A DNA stretch of 64,000 nucleotides. Origin: Pseudomonadota bacterium (GTDB lineage: Bacteria > Pseudomonadota > Alphaproteobacteria > Sphingomonadales > Sphingomonadaceae). Shown piece by piece: positions 17,186 to 27,451 of the stretch. Position numbers and translations under genes: made by a program. Location: positions 19,922 to 83,921 of the forward strand of contig JBCDDN010000001.1 of the NCBI GenBank assembly GCA_039180285.1. The letters are read 5' to 3'. The notes beneath the pieces are model-generated. The model was given only the letters and a program-made list of their open reading frames with translations, made no database searches and was not told where the DNA came from. Within the stretch, counting starts at the first letter, position 1; each line of letters starts with the position of its first letter.

Positions 17186-17320
17186 ATGAAGCGCACCTTC
17201 CAGCCGAGCAATCTCGTGCGCAAAAGGCGGCATGGTTTTCGGGCCCGCAAGGCAACCGTCGGCGGCCGCAACGTGCTGCGCGCGCGCCGCGCCAAGGGCC
17301 GCAAGAAGCTGTCCGCCTAA
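17186..17320 (+). CDS. rpmH: 50S ribosomal protein L34
   Basis: Own translation: [44 protein letters not shown]-stop. Too short for the ORF track. GAGGAAATGAGCG precedes the ATG. Confidence 0.95.
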   Translation: MKRTFQPSNLVRKRRHGFRARKATVGGRNVLRARRAKGRKKLSA

Positions 17321-17324
17321 GGCG

Positions 17325-17666
17325 GTGTCTGCGCCCCGTGTGGCGACGCTAACGAAAAGACGCGATTTTCTCGCGGCCAATCGCGGCAAACGCGCGGCGA
17401 TGCCTGGCTTCGTGCTGCTCGTCCGAGACCGCAAGGATGGCGACGATACGATACGGCTCGGTATTACCGTCACCAAGAAGATCGGCGGCGCGGTCGTGCG
17501 CAATCGCATGAAGCGGCGATTTCGCGCGCTCGGCCGGGAGCTATTGCCAACGGACGGCATTCGCGGTGCGGATCACGTGCTGATCGGTCGCAAGGGCGGG
17601 ATAGAGGGCGATTTCGATACGCTTCGTGGCGAGTTCGTCAAAGCGCTCGACACTGTTCGCCCATGA
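17325..17666 (+). CDS. rnpA: ribonuclease P protein component
   Basis: Has the motif [21 protein letters not shown]. The track ORF start at 17232 overlaps rpmH. An in-frame GTG at 17325 (or 17340) just after the rpmH stop is the likely start. Confidence 0.85.
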   Translation: MSAPRVATLTKRRDFLAANRGKRAAMPGFVLLVRDRKDGDDTIRLGITVTKKIGGAVVRNRMKRRFRALGRELLPTDGIRGADHVLIGRKGGIEGDFDTLRGEFVKALDTVRP

Positions 17667-17875
17667 TCTCCAAACTGCTCATCGGCCTTGCACGACTATG
17701 GCAGATCGGCCCGTCGGCGATCCTGCCGCCGACCTGCCGCTATCAGCCCTCATGTTCGGCCTATGCGATCACCGCTTGGACACGCTATGGAGCTTTCAAA
17801 GGCAGCTGGCTTGCGCTTCGGCGCATATTGCGCTGTCATCCCTGGGGTGGATCGGGTCACGATCCCGTCCCGTAA
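17663..17875 (+). CDS. yidD: membrane protein insertion efficiency factor YidD
   Basis: 70 aa with the [10 protein letters not shown] motif. ATGA overlap with rnpA. Confidence 0.9.
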   Translation: MISKLLIGLARLWQIGPSAILPPTCRYQPSCSAYAITAWTRYGAFKGSWLALRRILRCHPWGGSGHDPVP

Positions 17876-17904
17876 CAAGAGACTGAATAGAATGGGGAAT
17901 TGCG

Positions 17905-19626
17905 GTGGATAGTTCGCGCAACATGATCCTTGCGATCGTGCTTTCGGCGATCGTGCTGATCGGCTGGAGCTTCCTGTCGGAGCAGATCGCGCCGACGGCG
18001 ACGGAGCCCTCGACCGAGTTCGTCGACGGCGAGCAAGTCGTGCTGCCCAATCCCCAAGCCGATCCGGCCGCCGACACGCCCGCCGCGTTGCGCGCGCTGG
18101 ACGATGTGCTCACCGAAACGCGTGGCGATCGCGTGGTCATTGAGACCCCCCGTCTCGAAGGCTCGGTCAATCTGCGTGGCGCCCGGATCGACGATCTGGT
18201 GCTGCTCGATTATCGCGAGACGATCGAAGCGGATTCTCCGCCGGTCCGGCTGTTGAGTCCGGAAGGCGTTGAGGCCGCCCAATATGCGCATTTCGGTTGG
18301 GCCAGCGAGGATATCGAAACGCCCGACGGCGATACGCTCTGGCAGGCCGACGGCGACACGCTCGCGCCCGGCAGCCCGGTTACCCTGCAATGGCGCAACG
18401 GCGGCGGGCAGCTATTCGAGATCATCCTCGAAGTCGACGAGAATTTCCTGTTCAGCGTCGATCAGCGCGTCTCCAATGTCGGTGAAAATACGGTCAGCGC
18501 GCGCAGCTATTCGCTGATTACCCGGACCGGCGAATCGCCTGATCCCGATACCTGGCTGATCCATACCGGCCCGGCCGGATTCTGGAACGACGATCTCAAC
18601 CATATCGATTTCGACGACGTCCGCGAGGCGGGCACGCAGGGCGAACGTTTCGGCCTGTCCAACGGATGGCTGGGCTTCAACGACAAATACTGGCTGACGG
18701 CGCTCGTTCCGAGCGGCAGCGACGCTGTCGACGCCGCTTTCGTACCGCTGACCGGCGATCGCTACCAAGCGGTCTTCACCCACGCGCCGGCCGTTATTCC
18801 GGCCGGCCGCGCCGTCACCACCAGCGCGAGCTTCTTCGCCGGCGCCAAGGAGACTTTGCTGCTCGAGCGCTATGAAGTGGATGAAGGCCTGAACCAGATC
18901 GATCTGTCGATCGACTGGGGCTGGTTCTACTGGTTCGAGCTGCCGATCTTCTATCTGCTCCACTGGCTGTTCATGACGGTCGGCAATTTCGGCGTCGCGA
19001 TCATCCTGATGACCTTCGTGGTGCGCGGGCTGATGTTTCCGATCGCGCAGAAGCAGTTTTCCTCGATGGCCGGCATGCGCGCAGTGCAACCGAAGATGAA
19101 GGAAATCCAAGAGCGCTACAAAGACGACAAGCCGAAGATGCAGCAGGAAGTACTCGCCCTGTATCAGCGCGAGAAAGTGAATCCGCTGGCCGGCTGTCTG
19201 CCGATCTTCCTGCAGATTCCGATCTTCTACGCGCTCTACAAGGTGCTGATGCTGTCGGTGGAAATGCGGCACGAGCCCTTCGCGCTGTGGCTGCAGGACC
19301 TGTCCGCGCCCGATCCGCTAACGCCGGTCAACCTGTTCGGGCTGCTCGCTTTCCAGCCGCCAAGCTGGCTCGCGATCGGCATCCTGCCGATCCTGCTCGG
19401 CGTGACGATGTATCTGCAGTTCAAGCTGAACCCGGCCCAGATGGACCCGACCCAGCAGAAGATCTTCGAGTTCATGCCCTGGATCTTCATGTTCATAATG
19501 GCGCCCTTCGCGGCCGGCCTGCAACTCTACTGGGTGACTTCCAACATCCTCACCATCGCCCAGCAGAAATGGCTCTACAGCCGCGACCCCCGCCTGAAAG
19601 AACAGGCGAAGATGGCCAAGGAGTGA
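17905..19626 (+). CDS. yidC: membrane protein insertase YidC
   Basis: 573 aa. N-terminal TM, a large periplasmic domain, and a conserved C-terminal 5-TM core (GCLPIFLQIPIFYALY). Confidence 0.95.
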   Translation: MDSSRNMILAIVLSAIVLIGWSFLSEQIAPTATEPSTEFVDGEQVVLPNPQADPAADTPAALRALDDVLTETRGDRVVIETPRLEGSVNLRGARIDDLVLLDYRETIEADSPPVRLLSPEGVEAAQYAHFGWASEDIETPDGDTLWQADGDTLAPGSPVTLQWRNGGGQLFEIILEVDENFLFSVDQRVSNVGENTVSARSYSLITRTGESPDPDTWLIHTGPAGFWNDDLNHIDFDDVREAGTQGERFGLSNGWLGFNDKYWLTALVPSGSDAVDAAFVPLTGDRYQAVFTHAPAVIPAGRAVTTSASFFAGAKETLLLERYEVDEGLNQIDLSIDWGWFYWFELPIFYLLHWLFMTVGNFGVAIILMTFVVRGLMFPIAQKQFSSMAGMRAVQPKMKEIQERYKDDKPKMQQEVLALYQREKVNPLAGCLPIFLQIPIFYALYKVLMLSVEMRHEPFALWLQDLSAPDPLTPVNLFGLLAFQPPSWLAIGILPILLGVTMYLQFKLNPAQMDPTQQKIFEFMPWIFMFIMAPFAAGLQLYWVTSNILTIAQQKWLYSRDPRLKEQAKMAKE

Positions 19627-19636
19627 AGGGCGGATA

Positions 19637-20272
19637 ATGACCGATCAGGCGGCGCTTGAAGAGATGGCCCGGAAGACATTTTCCGGGCCGGTCGACTTCC
19701 TGAAATCGGCGCCTAGCCTCGAATTCCTGCCGGACGCCGATATGCCCGAGATCGCCTTTGCCGGCCGGTCCAATGTCGGCAAGTCGACGCTGCTCAACGC
19801 ATTGACGAACCGCAAGGGCCTGGCGCGCGCGTCCAACACGCCCGGCCGGACGCAGGAACTCAATTTCTTCGAGGTCGGCGACCCGCCGCAATTCCGGCTG
19901 GTCGACATGCCCGGCTACGGTTTCGCGAAAGCGCCCCCGCAGGTCGCCAAACGCTGGCGCCACCTGATCAACGATTTTCTGCGTGGCCGCCCCACGCTCA
20001 AGCGCACATTGTTGCTGATCGACGCCCGGCGCGGGCTGAAGGATATCGATCGCGAACTGATGGCGATGCTCGACGAGGCGGCCGTGAGCTACCGGATCGT
20101 CCTGACCAAGTCCGACAAGCTGAAGGACCAGGTCCTTGCCGACACCGCAGCCAAGCTCGCCGAACAGGCCAAGGGCCATGCGGCCGCCCATCCCGACATT
20201 CTCACGACGTCCAGCGAAACCGGATTGGGTGTGGACGAATTGCGCAAAGCCGTTATCCAAGCCATCGGTTGA
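19637..20272 (+). CDS. engB: ribosome biogenesis GTP-binding protein YihA/EngB
   Basis: G1 GRSNVGKSTLLNAL, G3 DMPGYG and G4 TKSDK. Confidence 0.9.
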   Translation: MTDQAALEEMARKTFSGPVDFLKSAPSLEFLPDADMPEIAFAGRSNVGKSTLLNALTNRKGLARASNTPGRTQELNFFEVGDPPQFRLVDMPGYGFAKAPPQVAKRWRHLINDFLRGRPTLKRTLLLIDARRGLKDIDRELMAMLDEAAVSYRIVLTKSDKLKDQVLADTAAKLAEQAKGHAAAHPDILTTSSETGLGVDELRKAVIQAIG

Positions 20273-20288
20273 ATCGGAAAGGCGCGGC

Positions 20289-20951
20289 ATGAAACTGATC
20301 ATCGGCAACAAGGCCTATTCCTCCTGGTCGATGCGCGGTTGGCTCGCACTCAAGCAATCAGGCGTATCGTTCGAGGAAGTCACGGTACCGCTCTATAACG
20401 AGCAGTGGGAGCAGCGCCGCGAGGGCAATGAGTTTGCGGCATCGTCCGGCAAGGTGCCGGTGCTGTGGGACGGCGAGACCGTCGTCTGGGACAGTCTCGC
20501 AATCATCGACTGGCTTGCAGACAAGGTCGGCCGCGACCGTTTCTGGCCCAAGGACGAAGGCGCGCGGGGCATGGCGCGGTCCATGGCCGCCGAGATGCAT
20601 TCGAGCTTTCCCAATCTGCGCCGCGATCTGCCGATGAACGTCCGCAAGATATTCCCGCCCCGCCCCCTCAGCGGCGAGGTCGGCGCCGAGCTTGGCCGGA
20701 TCCTCGAAACCTGGGCCCAGGCCCGGGCGCGCTATGGCGGCGAAAATCCGTTTCTGTTCGGCGATTTCTGTGCCGCAGACATCATGTATGCGCCCGTCTG
20801 CACGCGGCTCGTCACCTATTCGGTCAAACTACCGCCCTTCGCCCAAGGCTATGTTCAGGCCGTGCTCGCACACAGCTGGGTCCGCGAATGGGTCGAGGCG
20901 GCGCAGGAGGAGCCCTGGACGATCGAGCGGTTCGAGGAAGCCGCCGAGTAG
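20289..20951 (+). CDS. glutathione S-transferase family protein
   Basis: Trimmed to ATG 20289 (MKLIIGNKAYSSWSMRGWLALK...). Thioredoxin-like N-domain followed by a helical C-domain. Confidence 0.8.
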   Translation: MKLIIGNKAYSSWSMRGWLALKQSGVSFEEVTVPLYNEQWEQRREGNEFAASSGKVPVLWDGETVVWDSLAIIDWLADKVGRDRFWPKDEGARGMARSMAAEMHSSFPNLRRDLPMNVRKIFPPRPLSGEVGAELGRILETWAQARARYGGENPFLFGDFCAADIMYAPVCTRLVTYSVKLPPFAQGYVQAVLAHSWVREWVEAAQEEPWTIERFEEAAE

Positions 20952-20963
20952 ACGAAGCCGCCG

Positions 20964-21419
20964 CTAACCCCAGTCGAAATCGCCGCCGTCCTTGCGCCGG
21001 AAACCGCGGCCATTTTCCAGATGCATGTCGATATCGGGATAATGGCAGTCGCTGGTCGCCGGCCGACCGACGGCGATATAGAAACAGCTTTCGTCGCTCT
21101 CGTTGATCAGCACATGGCCATTGCCGTCATTCTTCGGGAAAGCCGCACAGTCTCCGGGCCGCATCGGCATCCGTCCCGAATCGTCGACGAGCACCGCCTC
21201 GCCCGCCAGCATGACGACGAACTCGTCCTCATCCTCATGCCAGTGCCGCTGGGCCGACCATGCACCCGGCTTAAGCTCGACATGGCTGACCCCGAAATCG
21301 ACGAGCCCGCCGGCCGGCGCCAACCGCCGATACCATCGCTCGCGCACCTCGCCGGCATGGTCTGGCGGATAGCCGGTAGCATTGGTTTGCGGGATGGCGT
21401 CCAGATCGAGCTTGGGCAT
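20964..21419 (-). CDS. cupin domain protein
   Basis: 151 aa. RHWHEDEDEFVVMLAGE...H metal-binding cupin motifs. Confidence 0.8.
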   Translation of the reverse strand: MPKLDLDAIPQTNATGYPPDHAGEVRERWYRRLAPAGGLVDFGVSHVELKPGAWSAQRHWHEDEDEFVVMLAGEAVLVDDSGRMPMRPGDCAAFPKNDGNGHVLINESDESCFYIAVGRPATSDCHYPDIDMHLENGRGFRRKDGGDFDWG

Positions 21420-21468
21420 GATGGTCTCCTGCTAGGCAAGGCGGTGTCGCCCGGTTACACCCGCTCCC

Positions 21469-22599
21469 ATGAGTGATGCAATCGACCCGATAAAGCTGCT
21501 TGACGCGCTAATCGCCTGCCCGAGCGTGACGCCCGAAGAAGGCGGTGCGCAGGCGCTACTCGGCAAAACGCTCGAGGGGCTCGGCTTCGAGGTCGAGCAT
21601 ATGATCTCGGGCGAACCGCCGCATGGTCCGGTGCCCAACCTACTCGCGACGCGCGGATCGGGCGGGGCGCATTTCGCCTTTGCCGGGCATACCGACGTGG
21701 TGCCGCCGGGCAAAGGCTGGACCAGCGATCCCTTCACCGCCGAGATCAAGGGAGATCTCCTCTATGGGCGCGGCGCGGTCGACATGAAGGGTTCGATCGC
21801 GGCCTTCGTCGCGGCGGTCGCGCGGGTGGACGAACCGCCCGGCACGATCAGCTTCATCATCACCGGTGACGAAGAGGGCCCGGCCGTTCACGGTACACGC
21901 GCGTTGATGACGCGGATGGAGGAACGCGGTATCCGGCCCGATATGATCCTGGTCGGCGAACCGACGTCGCAGAACCGGCTTGGCGACACGATCAAGATCG
22001 GGCGGCGCGGCTCCGTCAATATGTGGATCGACATCGTCGGCAAGCAGGCGCATGTCGCATATCCGCATGAGGGCGACAATCCGATAACCCGGCTCTTCAG
22101 AGTGGGCACGCGGCTCCACGAACTCGATCTCGACGATGGCGATGAATGGTTCCAGCCGTCCAACCTCGAAGTCGTGACCGTCGATGTCGGCAATCCGGCT
22201 TCCAACGTCATTCCCGGCGAGGCGCATTTGAGGCTCAACGTCCGTTTCAACGTGCATCACACTGGCGAGGAGCTGGTCGAGAAAATCCGGCAGATCGTCG
22301 AGGAGGAAGCGCCGGGCGCGCGGTTCAAGGCCATGATATCAGGTGAAGCCTTTCTCACCGAACCGGGCCCGCTGTCCGATCTGGTCAGCGCGTCGATCCG
22401 GGACATGACCGGTCGAACGCCCGAACTATCGACCGGCGGAGGCACATCCGATGCGCGCTTCCTCCACGTCCTGTGCCCCATCGTCGAATTCGGCTTGCTC
22501 AACGCGACGATGCATAAGCTCGACGAAGCCGTCGCCATCTCCGACGTCCACAAGCTGACGGAGATTTACGAAGGCGTGCTCCGCCGAGCATTGGCGTAA
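21469..22599 (+). CDS. dapE: succinyl-diaminopimelate desuccinylase
   Basis: 376 aa. M20 peptidase motifs FAGHTDVVP and GDEEG. N-terminal LIACPSVTPEEGGA typical of DapE. Confidence 0.9.
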   Translation: MSDAIDPIKLLDALIACPSVTPEEGGAQALLGKTLEGLGFEVEHMISGEPPHGPVPNLLATRGSGGAHFAFAGHTDVVPPGKGWTSDPFTAEIKGDLLYGRGAVDMKGSIAAFVAAVARVDEPPGTISFIITGDEEGPAVHGTRALMTRMEERGIRPDMILVGEPTSQNRLGDTIKIGRRGSVNMWIDIVGKQAHVAYPHEGDNPITRLFRVGTRLHELDLDDGDEWFQPSNLEVVTVDVGNPASNVIPGEAHLRLNVRFNVHHTGEELVEKIRQIVEEEAPGARFKAMISGEAFLTEPGPLSDLVSASIRDMTGRTPELSTGGGTSDARFLHVLCPIVEFGLLNATMHKLDEAVAISDVHKLTEIYEGVLRRALA

Positions 22600-22610
22600 C
22601 GACACCCGCC

Positions 22611-23486
22611 GTGCGCATCGCCTATCTCGCCTGCCGCCTGACCTTACCCGGATCGCCGGAGCGCCGCACCGACGCGTTCGAACATGATCAGATGATCGAT
22701 TGCCTGGTCGCGGCATTTGCCGCACGGGGTTCGGCGATCGAGGCGATCGCTTGGGACGATGACGATGCGGACTGGAACCAGTTCGATGCGGTGCTGATCG
22801 GATCGACCTGGGACTATCAGGATAATCTCGCGGCCTTCCTCGCGCGGCTGAGCGAGATCGAGGCAAAATGCCCGCTGTTCAATTCGCGCGAGACGGTGGG
22901 CTGGAACAGCCGCAAGACCTATCTCAAAGACCTCGCGGCCAAGGGCGCGCCGACCGTGCCGACGCTCTGGCTGGACGAGCCCCATGATGCGGCGATCGCT
23001 TCGGCATTCGAAACGCTTAAGAGCGACGACCTCGTCCTCAAACGCCAGGTCGGGGCGAATGCCGAAGGCCAGGTCCGGCTGAAACGGAGCAACCCCCGCC
23101 CCGCCCTGTCCGACCCGATGATGGTCCAGCCTTTCCTTCCCGCCATCCAGAGCGAAGGCGAACTCAGTCTGGTCTTCATCGACGGCGCCTTTTCGCACGC
23201 GCTGATCAAAACCGCGGCCGGCGGCGATTACCGGATCCAATCTTCCTATGGCGGCACCGAGCGCCGTCACGAGCCCGACCCGGCCGATTTGGCCGCGGCG
23301 GCGCGGATCGTCGATTCGCTCGACGAAACGCCTCTCTACGCCCGCGTCGATCTCGTCCGGGGTGAGGACGGAAATGTACGGCTCATGGAGTTGGAGCTTA
23401 TCGAGCCGTTTCTCTATCCGCGGCAAAGCGACGGTCTCGGCGAGCGAATCTACGACGCGCTCGCCCGGCGTCTCAATACGATATAG
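22611..23486 (+). CDS. ATP-grasp fold protein (glutathione-synthetase/RimK-like)
   Basis: 291 aa with a GTG start. The central/C-terminal pattern LVLKRQVGANAEG...MVQPFLP...ARVDLV...MELELIEP fits an ATP-grasp fold. The specific function is unknown. Confidence 0.6.
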   Translation: MRIAYLACRLTLPGSPERRTDAFEHDQMIDCLVAAFAARGSAIEAIAWDDDDADWNQFDAVLIGSTWDYQDNLAAFLARLSEIEAKCPLFNSRETVGWNSRKTYLKDLAAKGAPTVPTLWLDEPHDAAIASAFETLKSDDLVLKRQVGANAEGQVRLKRSNPRPALSDPMMVQPFLPAIQSEGELSLVFIDGAFSHALIKTAAGGDYRIQSSYGGTERRHEPDPADLAAAARIVDSLDETPLYARVDLVRGEDGNVRLMELELIEPFLYPRQSDGLGERIYDALARRLNTI

Positions 23487-23980
23487 AGGGCGCCCCGGCC
23501 GCCATGCCGGGGATGGGCTCCGCGCACGGCCGCGATATGCGGGGCGTGGCGCGAGGCCGCTAGCCAGTCGCCGACGGCCGCGCGAATCTTGCCGCGCTTG
23601 ACCGGCCCTTCGCCCTTTGGCGCGTGGCCCGTGATCAGCAAAATGATGCGCGCGTGCGAGGCGACAGCCTGCTCCAGCCCGCGATCCAATCGGTCATAGG
23701 CCGAGTTCAGGCTGTGGCCGTGCAAGTCGATCGTTACCTCAGGTTCCACCTTGCCCCGTATCAGCTTCCGGTCCCAGCTCGCATCGAGCGTCTTGCCCGG
23801 GCCGGGCGCCGACCTGCGCTGCGGCAGCTTCGGGACGGCATATGCGGCGAGATCGGCGCTGTGTTGCGCCTTGGGTCGCGTCAACGCCGTTTGCCGGAGG
23901 CTGCGGTCCAGCGGCTCAACCGTCTCGATCACCGTGTTCCAGAGCGCCTGTTCGTCTGCGCTAAGCGTGCGCTTTGCCAT
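23450..23980 (-). CDS. Smr domain protein
   Basis: C-terminal IDLHGHSLNSAYDRL...ILLITGHA Smr signature. Its 3' end overlaps the convergent ATP-grasp gene by 37 nt. Confidence 0.8.
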   Translation of the reverse strand: MAKRTLSADEQALWNTVIETVEPLDRSLRQTALTRPKAQHSADLAAYAVPKLPQRRSAPGPGKTLDASWDRKLIRGKVEPEVTIDLHGHSLNSAYDRLDRGLEQAVASHARIILLITGHAPKGEGPVKRGKIRAAVGDWLAASRHAPHIAAVRGAHPRHGGRGALYIVLRRRASAS

Positions 23981-25144
23981 CTAGTCGGCGCGAAGGCGCG
24001 CAGCGGCGGCGCTCGGAATCAGGATATAGGCCTGGCCGCGGCTCGCCATGCCGCTGGCAATGGCATAGGCATCCTCGCCCGCGCCCCAGAAAGTGTCGAA
24101 GCGATTAGGCCCCCGGATCGCACTGCCTGTATCTTGCGCGATCCACAGCCCGTCGGCCACATCATGTTCGAGATCGAGAAAGACCGGAGCACCAAGCGGG
24201 ACGAAATCGGGGTCGGCGGCCACCGTACCACGCGGCGTCACCGGCCGTCCGAGCGAACCGAGCGGACCCGGCCCGTTGACCTCGGTGAAGAAGATGTAGC
24301 GGCGGTTTTCCTGCATGATCTCCCGACCGCGTTCGGGATTGTCGCGCAACCAAACCGCGATCCCCTCGGCCGTGGTCTGGCCGTCTTCAAGCAACCCCCG
24401 ATCGCGCATCAGGCGGCCGATGCTCGTATAGGGATAGCCGTTATTCCCGGCATAGCCGATCCGCATCGTATCGCCATCGGGCAGGCGCAATATGCCCGAA
24501 CCCTGAACCTGCAGGAAATAGAGATCGACGAGATCGCGCGCCCAGGCGATGGCGAGCCCCTGCCCGTCTAGGGCGCCATTCTCGATCGCGGCGCGCGTCA
24601 GCACGGGCGTATCCCCGCACTCATCCGTACAGGGTGGGGGCACGGCATCGGGCATGGCATAGACCGGCCAGCGATAACCGCGCCGCTGCCCCCGCGCGGC
24701 GGCGATCTCGGGCTCGTAATAGCCGGTGGCGAAGGCCCGGCCCGATCCCACTGCGACCGCGCGGAAATATTCGACGAAAAAACCTTCCGCATCGCCGCGC
24801 CATGAGGCCGCCGCCCGGCATGGCTCGATCCAGTCTTCGGCAGCCGTCAACCCGGAACGTTCGCCGTTATTGAGAATGGAGGGACAAGATATCCGAAAAG
24901 CTGCGAGCGCGCGCTCCGCCTGTCTGCGATCGATAGGAAGGGAGGCCACGCTGGGCCCCGACCGGACGCCTTGCCCAAGCGCGTTGGAGTCGACCGGCGC
25001 CGTCGGCGATGGATCGGCAACGGCGGGCGGAGCGAACGGCGGACTGGGTTGGGACGTCCTTTCGGGTGGCGAGGGGATGATGCCGGCACAAGCAGTCAAC
25101 GCGACGGTCAGCAGGAGCGCGCCAGCGCTCCGGAGCCTCGTCAC
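23981..25144 (-). CDS. mltA: murein transglycosylase A (lipoprotein)
   Basis: 387 aa with lipobox LTAC. MltA-specific and 3D-domain regions (GYYEP..., FFTE..., DTGSAIRGPNRFD). Confidence 0.85.
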   Translation of the reverse strand: MTRLRSAGALLLTVALTACAGIIPSPPERTSQPSPPFAPPAVADPSPTAPVDSNALGQGVRSGPSVASLPIDRRQAERALAAFRISCPSILNNGERSGLTAAEDWIEPCRAAASWRGDAEGFFVEYFRAVAVGSGRAFATGYYEPEIAAARGQRRGYRWPVYAMPDAVPPPCTDECGDTPVLTRAAIENGALDGQGLAIAWARDLVDLYFLQVQGSGILRLPDGDTMRIGYAGNNGYPYTSIGRLMRDRGLLEDGQTTAEGIAVWLRDNPERGREIMQENRRYIFFTEVNGPGPLGSLGRPVTPRGTVAADPDFVPLGAPVFLDLEHDVADGLWIAQDTGSAIRGPNRFDTFWGAGEDAYAIASGMASRGQAYILIPSAAAARLRAD

Positions 25145-25815
25145 GCGGCCTCGTCGGTTTCGACCAGCTTCCAGTTGGGATCGGCATCGCGCACATTGCG
25201 CGCGAAGGTCCAGATGTCATGCGTCTGCACGGCATCGGACAGCGAACCGGCGATGACGGTGCCATCCTTGTCGCGCGTCACGCCGGCAATATCGGCATCG
25301 AAGCGCAGAGTGATCCGCGCCGTGTTGGCGCCGTACTCGGCTTTTTCGATCTGGGTGCGCTCGATCATCACAAGCCGATTATCGAGTTCATGGCCGTCAG
25401 CCTCGCGCGCATCGATCGCGGCATTGAAAGATTCGAAAACTTCTTCGCTCACCAGATGGGAAAGATCGTCCCGATCGCCCTTCCAGAAGGCTTCGAGAAT
25501 CATGCGGTAAGCGGCCTGCGCACCGATCAGAAATTCGTTGATCTCGAACGACGAGTCGACGGAGGAAATCTTGCGGATGCCGGCAGAGGCGGCCGGCGCG
25601 ACGAGCCCGTCCGGCTCCTGCTCGGTCGCCGGGGCGATGTCGGGCACACTGTGCGGGACCGGCGCCATTTTCGGCGGCGCTTCGACAGGGCTCGGCATAC
25701 GCGGCTCCTGCTCGTGACCGGTACGTTGCCCGAGCACGCTGAACAGGCGCAAGCCCACGAAAACGGCAACCATCGCCAGGAGAATAATCTCGACCACAAG
25801 GCCTCCACTCAACAA
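25141..25815 (-). CDS. Tim44-like domain membrane protein
   Basis: N-terminal TM helix and a Pro-rich linker. The C-terminal Tim44-like domain includes FLIGAQAAYRMILEAFWKGD...WTFARN. ATGA-type overlap with mltA. Confidence 0.8.
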   Translation of the reverse strand: MLSGGLVVEIILLAMVAVFVGLRLFSVLGQRTGHEQEPRMPSPVEAPPKMAPVPHSVPDIAPATEQEPDGLVAPAASAGIRKISSVDSSFEINEFLIGAQAAYRMILEAFWKGDRDDLSHLVSEEVFESFNAAIDAREADGHELDNRLVMIERTQIEKAEYGANTARITLRFDADIAGVTRDKDGTVIAGSLSDAVQTHDIWTFARNVRDADPNWKLVETDEAA

Positions 25816-25889
25816 ATTCGGACCTTACATAGGCTTCTGAGAGGCACGTTTCAAATAGGGAATGGCCTCGTGGCCCGCTTTTCGACCGA

Positions 25890-27311
25890 TCAGTCCGCCA
25901 ATGCGGCCAGTATATCGCGGCTGAACCGGGCGATATCGAACCGCTCGCCATCGCCGACAGCATCGAATCCGCGCCGCACGATAACGATATCGCGCGCCGG
26001 CACGATCATCACATATTGGCCGCGATTCCCCATCGCCGCATAGGTTCCGGCGGGCAATCCCTGTTCCGGACCGAACAGCCAGAATTGCGCGCCATAGCCG
26101 ACCCCTCCCCTTCCGCTTGGCTGATCGGGCGCGGGGGTCGCGACATAATCGCTCCATCCCTCGGGCAAGATCCGTTCGCCCTGCCAGACGCCGTCGTTCA
26201 GATAGAGCAGGCCCAGTCGCGCGAGATCGCGCGCGGTCGTCCAGACCTGGCTCGAAAGAATGAAATTGCCCTGCCAGTCGGTTTCGGGCGTCGTCCGCGT
26301 CATGCCGATACGCCAGAGTAGATCGGTAAACGGAAAAGCGAGTGCGCGGTCGGCGTCACCCAATGTCGCGCGCAAGGCGCGCATGGCCAGCAACGTATCG
26401 TTATTGGCGTAACGCCAGCGCGTGCCCGGCACGGTTTCCAGCGGCAGGCCAGGAATCGAATCGGTGACAAGCTGTCCGCCGAAGTAAATGTCATCGGTTC
26501 GGTTGCCCGCGAAAGGGCTCCACAATCCGCTGCTCATATGGAGCAGATGATGCCAGTTGATCGACGCCCGCGGATCGCCGGGCGTTTGCCAGGCAGGCAC
26601 CGGCGCGGGTTGGTCGAGATCGACGATGTGCTGGTGAACGGCCGCGCCGATCACCGTCGCGGCGATGCTCTTGGCAACCGACCAGGTGCGCTGCGGACGG
26701 TGGAGATTGTATCCGCTTCGATAGCGTTCGCCCACGATATGACCGTCCTGTACGACGAGCACAGCCGTCGTTTCGGTGCCTGCCCTATAGGTCGTCCGGT
26801 CCAATGCCGATGCGAGCACCGTATCGAGACTGGCGTGGCTTTCCACCGGTAGCGCCCGCACCGCGTTCGTATCGCCCTGCGGCCATGCCAGCGCATCGAT
26901 TCCGGACAGGTCCCGCATCTGGATTTCGATCGCGAGCCCCGGGAGTTGCCAATCGCCGTCCGGATCGGCCCCGGTCGGGAGTTGCGCACAGCCGAGATGC
27001 GGCCGCCATTGGGCGACACGCGGCGGCATATCGTCCGCGAAGCGGACCAGAACGCGGCGGCGTTCGCGATCGATTTCCACCGGCAGATCGCCGATGAGCG
27101 GGCGATAGGCGGGATAAATCCGGGTCAGGTCGTCGGCCGCGACCTCCGCCTCGCTTTGCCCCGCGTTAAACATTCCACTGCACAGAAAGGCGGCTTTGTA
27201 CCCGGCGGCGATCGCCAGATCGTGCGACGACGTCGCCGCGTTCTGGGCCCGTGCCGTGGTACTGGCCGCGATCAAGGCGAACAATCCAATAGCGAGTATG
27301 CGATATGTCAT
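25890..27311 (-). CDS. secreted serine hydrolase, beta-lactamase/transpeptidase fold
   Basis: Signal peptide MTYRILAIGLFALIAASTTARA|Q. S-x-x-K motif SVAKS. Confidence 0.75.
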   Translation of the reverse strand: MTYRILAIGLFALIAASTTARAQNAATSSHDLAIAAGYKAAFLCSGMFNAGQSEAEVAADDLTRIYPAYRPLIGDLPVEIDRERRRVLVRFADDMPPRVAQWRPHLGCAQLPTGADPDGDWQLPGLAIEIQMRDLSGIDALAWPQGDTNAVRALPVESHASLDTVLASALDRTTYRAGTETTAVLVVQDGHIVGERYRSGYNLHRPQRTWSVAKSIAATVIGAAVHQHIVDLDQPAPVPAWQTPGDPRASINWHHLLHMSSGLWSPFAGNRTDDIYFGGQLVTDSIPGLPLETVPGTRWRYANNDTLLAMRALRATLGDADRALAFPFTDLLWRIGMTRTTPETDWQGNFILSSQVWTTARDLARLGLLYLNDGVWQGERILPEGWSDYVATPAPDQPSGRGGVGYGAQFWLFGPEQGLPAGTYAAMGNRGQYVMIVPARDIVIVRRGFDAVGDGERFDIARFSRDILAALAD

Positions 27312-27451
27312 GGCGGCACAGTGCCGCCTCTCCTGTCCCCTGACAAGCCGGAGCCAGCCATTGCCCTGTTCGCGCCCTGCTGCTAGCGGGCATCGCGAAA
27401 CCGCGCTCTTATGCGCTTTTTTTTCCAGTCCAATATTTGAGGTTTACGACT

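Noticed and set aside
23450-23486. 37-nt convergent overlap of the ATP-grasp and Smr coding regions as a possible regulatory antisense arrangement
   Set aside because: Short convergent 3' overlaps are common in compact GC-rich genomes, and nothing in the sequence points to a specific function.
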